Positions 61,214-64,000 of a stretch of 64,000 nucleotides of DNA are shown here, piece by piece. Location: assembly GCA_965208905.1 (NCBI GenBank), contig OZ242365.1, forward strand, positions 896,001-960,000. Reading direction: 5' to 3'. Source of the stretch: Nitrosopumilaceae archaeon (lineage in GTDB: Archaea; Thermoproteota; Nitrososphaeria; Nitrososphaerales; Nitrosopumilaceae). A model generated the notes under the pieces. That model saw nothing but the letters and a program-made list of their open reading frames with translations, did not search any database and was not told where the DNA came from. Position 1 is the first letter of the stretch. The number at the start of each line of letters is the position of its first letter. A program made the translations under genes and the position numbers.

Positions 61214-62323
61214 TAGTTGGGAGCATAAATAATCCTACATTCTGTTAGAAAGGCATAAATGATCAAAATCACTAACTAATTATATGAGTAACCAAACTGA
61301 TGCCCAAAAAATAAAGGCTGCACTAAAACAGACTAAGAGTACAACGCAATACGCCCGTATCGTAGCCGTAAATATGGTGCGCATTAAAGGATATACCATC
61401 TCTGCGGCAGCGGATGTGCTTGGTGTCGATCGTAGCACCATATATGATTGGCTTAATGTCTACGACCATAAAGGCCTGGATGGCCTCGCCGATGGTGCGA
61501 GGCCTGGCCGTCCATCTTTTGTACCGCGCCACACATTAGAGAATATAATTAACAATACCAAGCAATTCACCGCCTACGGATTTGTTAAACTGGCTGAGAA
61601 AAAGACCGGCATAAAATACAGCGAATCGCAAGCGCGCCGTATCCTTAGGTCTCTTGGCTTCACTATACGGAAGACTCCCCGGATATCCGACCGAATTCCA
61701 CCAAGGAAAGATCTCGAAATCTGGCAGAAAGATACTACAAATGAGATAAAAATACTGAAAAAAGATGGATTCACGCCTATAATGTCGGACGAAAGTCACC
61801 AAAATTTGAGCATGTTTGGCAGCGGCGCAGTCTATACACGCGGTGATGCCATACCGGTACAAACGCCACTCGGCAACCAGCGCCAGACCATATACGGCGG
61901 CATCACGCTGGACGGGCAGACATGCTATATGGCCGCTAGCAAGGCCAACGACAGGTCCTTTATCCGGTATTTGAACAAGACGAAAAAACGGTTCGGCAAG
62001 GTTGCCGTAATATTGGATAATGCCGCATATCACAACTCTAACCGCGTAAAGCGATACTTGAAAAAGAATAATAATTTCGTCAAACTGATATTCTTGCCTC
62101 CGTACTCGCCGTTTTTAAATCCGGCCGAATGGTTATGGCTCAACGGCAAGGCAAGGATACGGCGAACTTTCAGGCGGCCGGCCAAAAGATATTTCCGAAG
62201 AAAAATCATGCTGATATACGAGTCACTGGAAATAAAGTTTGATCCGCGCAATATTCTATTCAGAAATTTAGACAAAATCCTACCGGTGTAAAACTGGTGT
62301 CGGGTTATTTATGCACCTAACTA
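61214..62323 (+). mobile_element. IS630-family insertion sequence, TA duplication
   Basis: TA|TAGTTGGGAGCATAAATAATCC ... GGGTTATTTATGCACCTAACTA|TA. Confidence 0.92.
61284..62291 (+). CDS. IS630-family transposase
   Basis: HTH, RPGRP, SDES, LDNAAYH, LPPYSPFLNPAE. Confidence 0.95.
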   Translation: MSNQTDAQKIKAALKQTKSTTQYARIVAVNMVRIKGYTISAAADVLGVDRSTIYDWLNVYDHKGLDGLADGARPGRPSFVPRHTLENIINNTKQFTAYGFVKLAEKKTGIKYSESQARRILRSLGFTIRKTPRISDRIPPRKDLEIWQKDTTNEIKILKKDGFTPIMSDESHQNLSMFGSGAVYTRGDAIPVQTPLGNQRQTIYGGITLDGQTCYMAASKANDRSFIRYLNKTKKRFGKVAVILDNAAYHNSNRVKRYLKKNNNFVKLIFLPPYSPFLNPAEWLWLNGKARIRRTFRRPAKRYFRRKIMLIYESLEIKFDPRNILFRNLDKILPV

Positions 62324-62533
62324 TACCGTAGCTTTACGTCAAATTTTACGGGGAAGGCCATATGAGACAGTATAAACCGTGAGGAGTTATCCATAACTGC
62401 AAACAGATACGGGTTGCCCCTTAACATTCGAAAACATATCTCATCACAATTCCATTGGTGTCCCGTATTTGGTCGAAATTTTGTTAACTGGTGTATAAAA
62501 AAACTTTATAGGAAAATAATACATGATTATTTC

Positions 62534-62878
62534 ATGTCCAAAACTGAAACGATAGATTACAATGAGGTCGCGAAACCGGTACTGAAAATGATGGTAGATC
62601 GCATCGTCAGGAATTTTAATCCGGAGCGAATAATACTGTTCGGCTCTTACGCGCGCGGCACACCGAATTTTCACAGCGACATTGATCTGTTGGTTATAAT
62701 GGAGAACGGCGCTAAAAGACGGGAAACTGCAGTAAAAATACGCAAACTACTGAGAAATTCACCTATAGCGAAAGATGTGGTTGTGACCACCACCGGAAAT
62801 ATTGAAAAGTACGGTAACGTTCCGGGTTATGTAATCTACAACGCTCTCCGGGAGGGAGTAATGCTTTATGAACGATGA
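62534..62878 (+). CDS. minimal nucleotidyltransferase (MNT) antitoxin
   Basis: LFGSYARG..SDIDLLV; EG..LYE C-terminus. Confidence 0.92.
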   Translation: MSKTETIDYNEVAKPVLKMMVDRIVRNFNPERIILFGSYARGTPNFHSDIDLLVIMENGAKRRETAVKIRKLLRNSPIAKDVVVTTTGNIEKYGNVPGYVIYNALREGVMLYER

Positions 62879-63263
62879 TGCTGTAAACGGGTGGCTAAAA
62901 AAGGCCGATAATGAACTCAATAGGGCCCAAAACTGCGCCAGCGGCTTGGATGTGGACGGCGCGTGTTACAATTCACAACAATCGATTGAAAAAGCACTGA
63001 AAGCGGCATTGGTCTTTGAGAACATAAACCCCCCGTATGTGCACGATTTGGAAAACCTGTGCGACTTACTGCCGGACGGATGGTCTGTAAAAAGTACGCC
63101 GTACAATCTGGAACGAATTTCAGTATGGAATGTAACGACGCGCTACCCGATAGAAGACGACGGTGAAGCGCTGGATGGAGACGACGCATCGTATGGTCTA
63201 TCTGCAGCACAAAACATTTGCAATTCGATAAAGAATGAAATAAATCGGCGCAGACATGGTTAG
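62868..63263 (+). CDS. HEPN domain protein
   Basis: W...A, QQSIEKALKA, HDL..L, RYP; overlaps MNT. Confidence 0.9.
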   Translation: MNDDAVNGWLKKADNELNRAQNCASGLDVDGACYNSQQSIEKALKAALVFENINPPYVHDLENLCDLLPDGWSVKSTPYNLERISVWNVTTRYPIEDDGEALDGDDASYGLSAAQNICNSIKNEINRRRHG

Positions 63264-63479
63264 TATCACCTACGTAAACCGGTACCGCGTGTGTGATGAC
63301 TGGGATCATAATTAACCATCCATTACTTTACGTCAAAAATATTTTATCCAGGCTTCTGGGCAGGATGTTGCGCATGGTTCCGACGGCGGTTATACGCCCA
63401 TTCGCTTCAGACTCATTACATTTAGTCTGTGAGGAAGACAATCCACGTAATTGCAAATTATTAAAAATATTATATTCAA

Positions 63480-63900
63480 ACCTCATATTCCTGATTTTGG
63501 TATATGGGCGATTTTTTTAACAGAATTTTGTGGTGCCAATGGGGCTTGTGGCAATGTCGATATCTTTTGCCTGTGTTCGACATCCTCTGCTAATAGTCTC
63601 TGGTTCTATACCCTCAAGATCACAATTATTACAACGACAAGCGTATATACGGTGTAATTTGGTCAACACCTCTATTATTAGTGGAATGTCAGTAAGAACA
63701 TTGTTTTCACATTTTTTCACCACTAGGCCATTCATACCGCCGTTTGGACATTTTTCTGGCACATGTGCTACGATTTCGTCTGGAACCAACATTTATCTCG
63801 TTTTTTATGCCCGCGGCGTGCTCTGCAATTTTGGGAAAGTTATAGCATCTGGTTTTTTCTTTCGATTTTTTTTGAACGCATTTTGTGATTACGGGCCAAG
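63480..63900 (-). pseudogene. IS66-family transposase fragment
   Basis: PDEIVAH.PEKCP..DIP..HRIY.C.C..C zinc-finger pattern, broken frames. Confidence 0.6.
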
Positions 63901-64000
63901 ATCCAGCACATTTAATGTTATATTAACAAGGGAACTGGTAAGAAATGCTGACCTAGACAAGAGTGGTAAAAAACTGATCCAAAGCGGTAAGACATACTGA

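Larger units (their letters stand above)
60648..62495 (-). pseudogene. IS6-family transposase remnant interrupted by IS630
   Basis: Minus strand WNCDE..YLFAVMD..SRF (62330-62490) continues as FITDG..IHIRN..NNIQE..HNF.R..GKTP (60840-61200); IS26-like end GGCATTGTTGCAAA at 60648-60661. Confidence 0.78.

Noticed and set aside
62414-62533. Longer MNT start from the ORF track
   Set aside because: It overlaps the antisense IS6 remnant; ATG 62534 has a TATA-like box and gives normal MNT length.

Overview
Archaeal chromosomal segment. Gene content points to Nitrososphaeria/Thaumarchaeota (Nitrosopumilaceae-like): ABCE1, uppS, archaeal LeuRS/AlaRS, hemL-hemC-cobA-hemD, rtcB, rps11, uvrBAC, citrate synthase, CdvC/Vps4, a transketolase-N/RPE fusion, cupredoxins and a PEF-CTERM-type protein. 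The window is dense in mobile DNA. The main result is five tnpB (RuvC, Cas12f-like) loci from three unrelated sequence groups. None has a neighbouring Y1 or serine TnpA. All are bounded by GG-starting terminal inverted repeats (one is cut by the window edge), and three insertions have exact 8-bp target-site duplications. Two of the groups use the same 23-bp TIR (GGTTCCTCCCGCAARGWCGGGTG) as a degraded IS6-family DDE transposase element. One tnpB element and that IS6-like element form a single composite flanked by one TSD, with an internal head-to-head TIR-8bp-TIR junction. This suggests RNA-guided nucleases carried as cargo by DDE/TIR transposons, an arrangement reminiscent of eukaryotic Fanzors. 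Also present: IS481, IS630 nested in an IS6 remnant, an IS66 fragment, an MNT-HEPN pair, an orphan N6-MTase, secreted stand-alone Cache-repeat and cupredoxin-Cache proteins, a probable AUA-initiated hemC, a repeat-expanded S11 and a candidate structured ncRNA. No rRNA, tRNA or CRISPR array was recognised. All calls are by eye; no searches were run.
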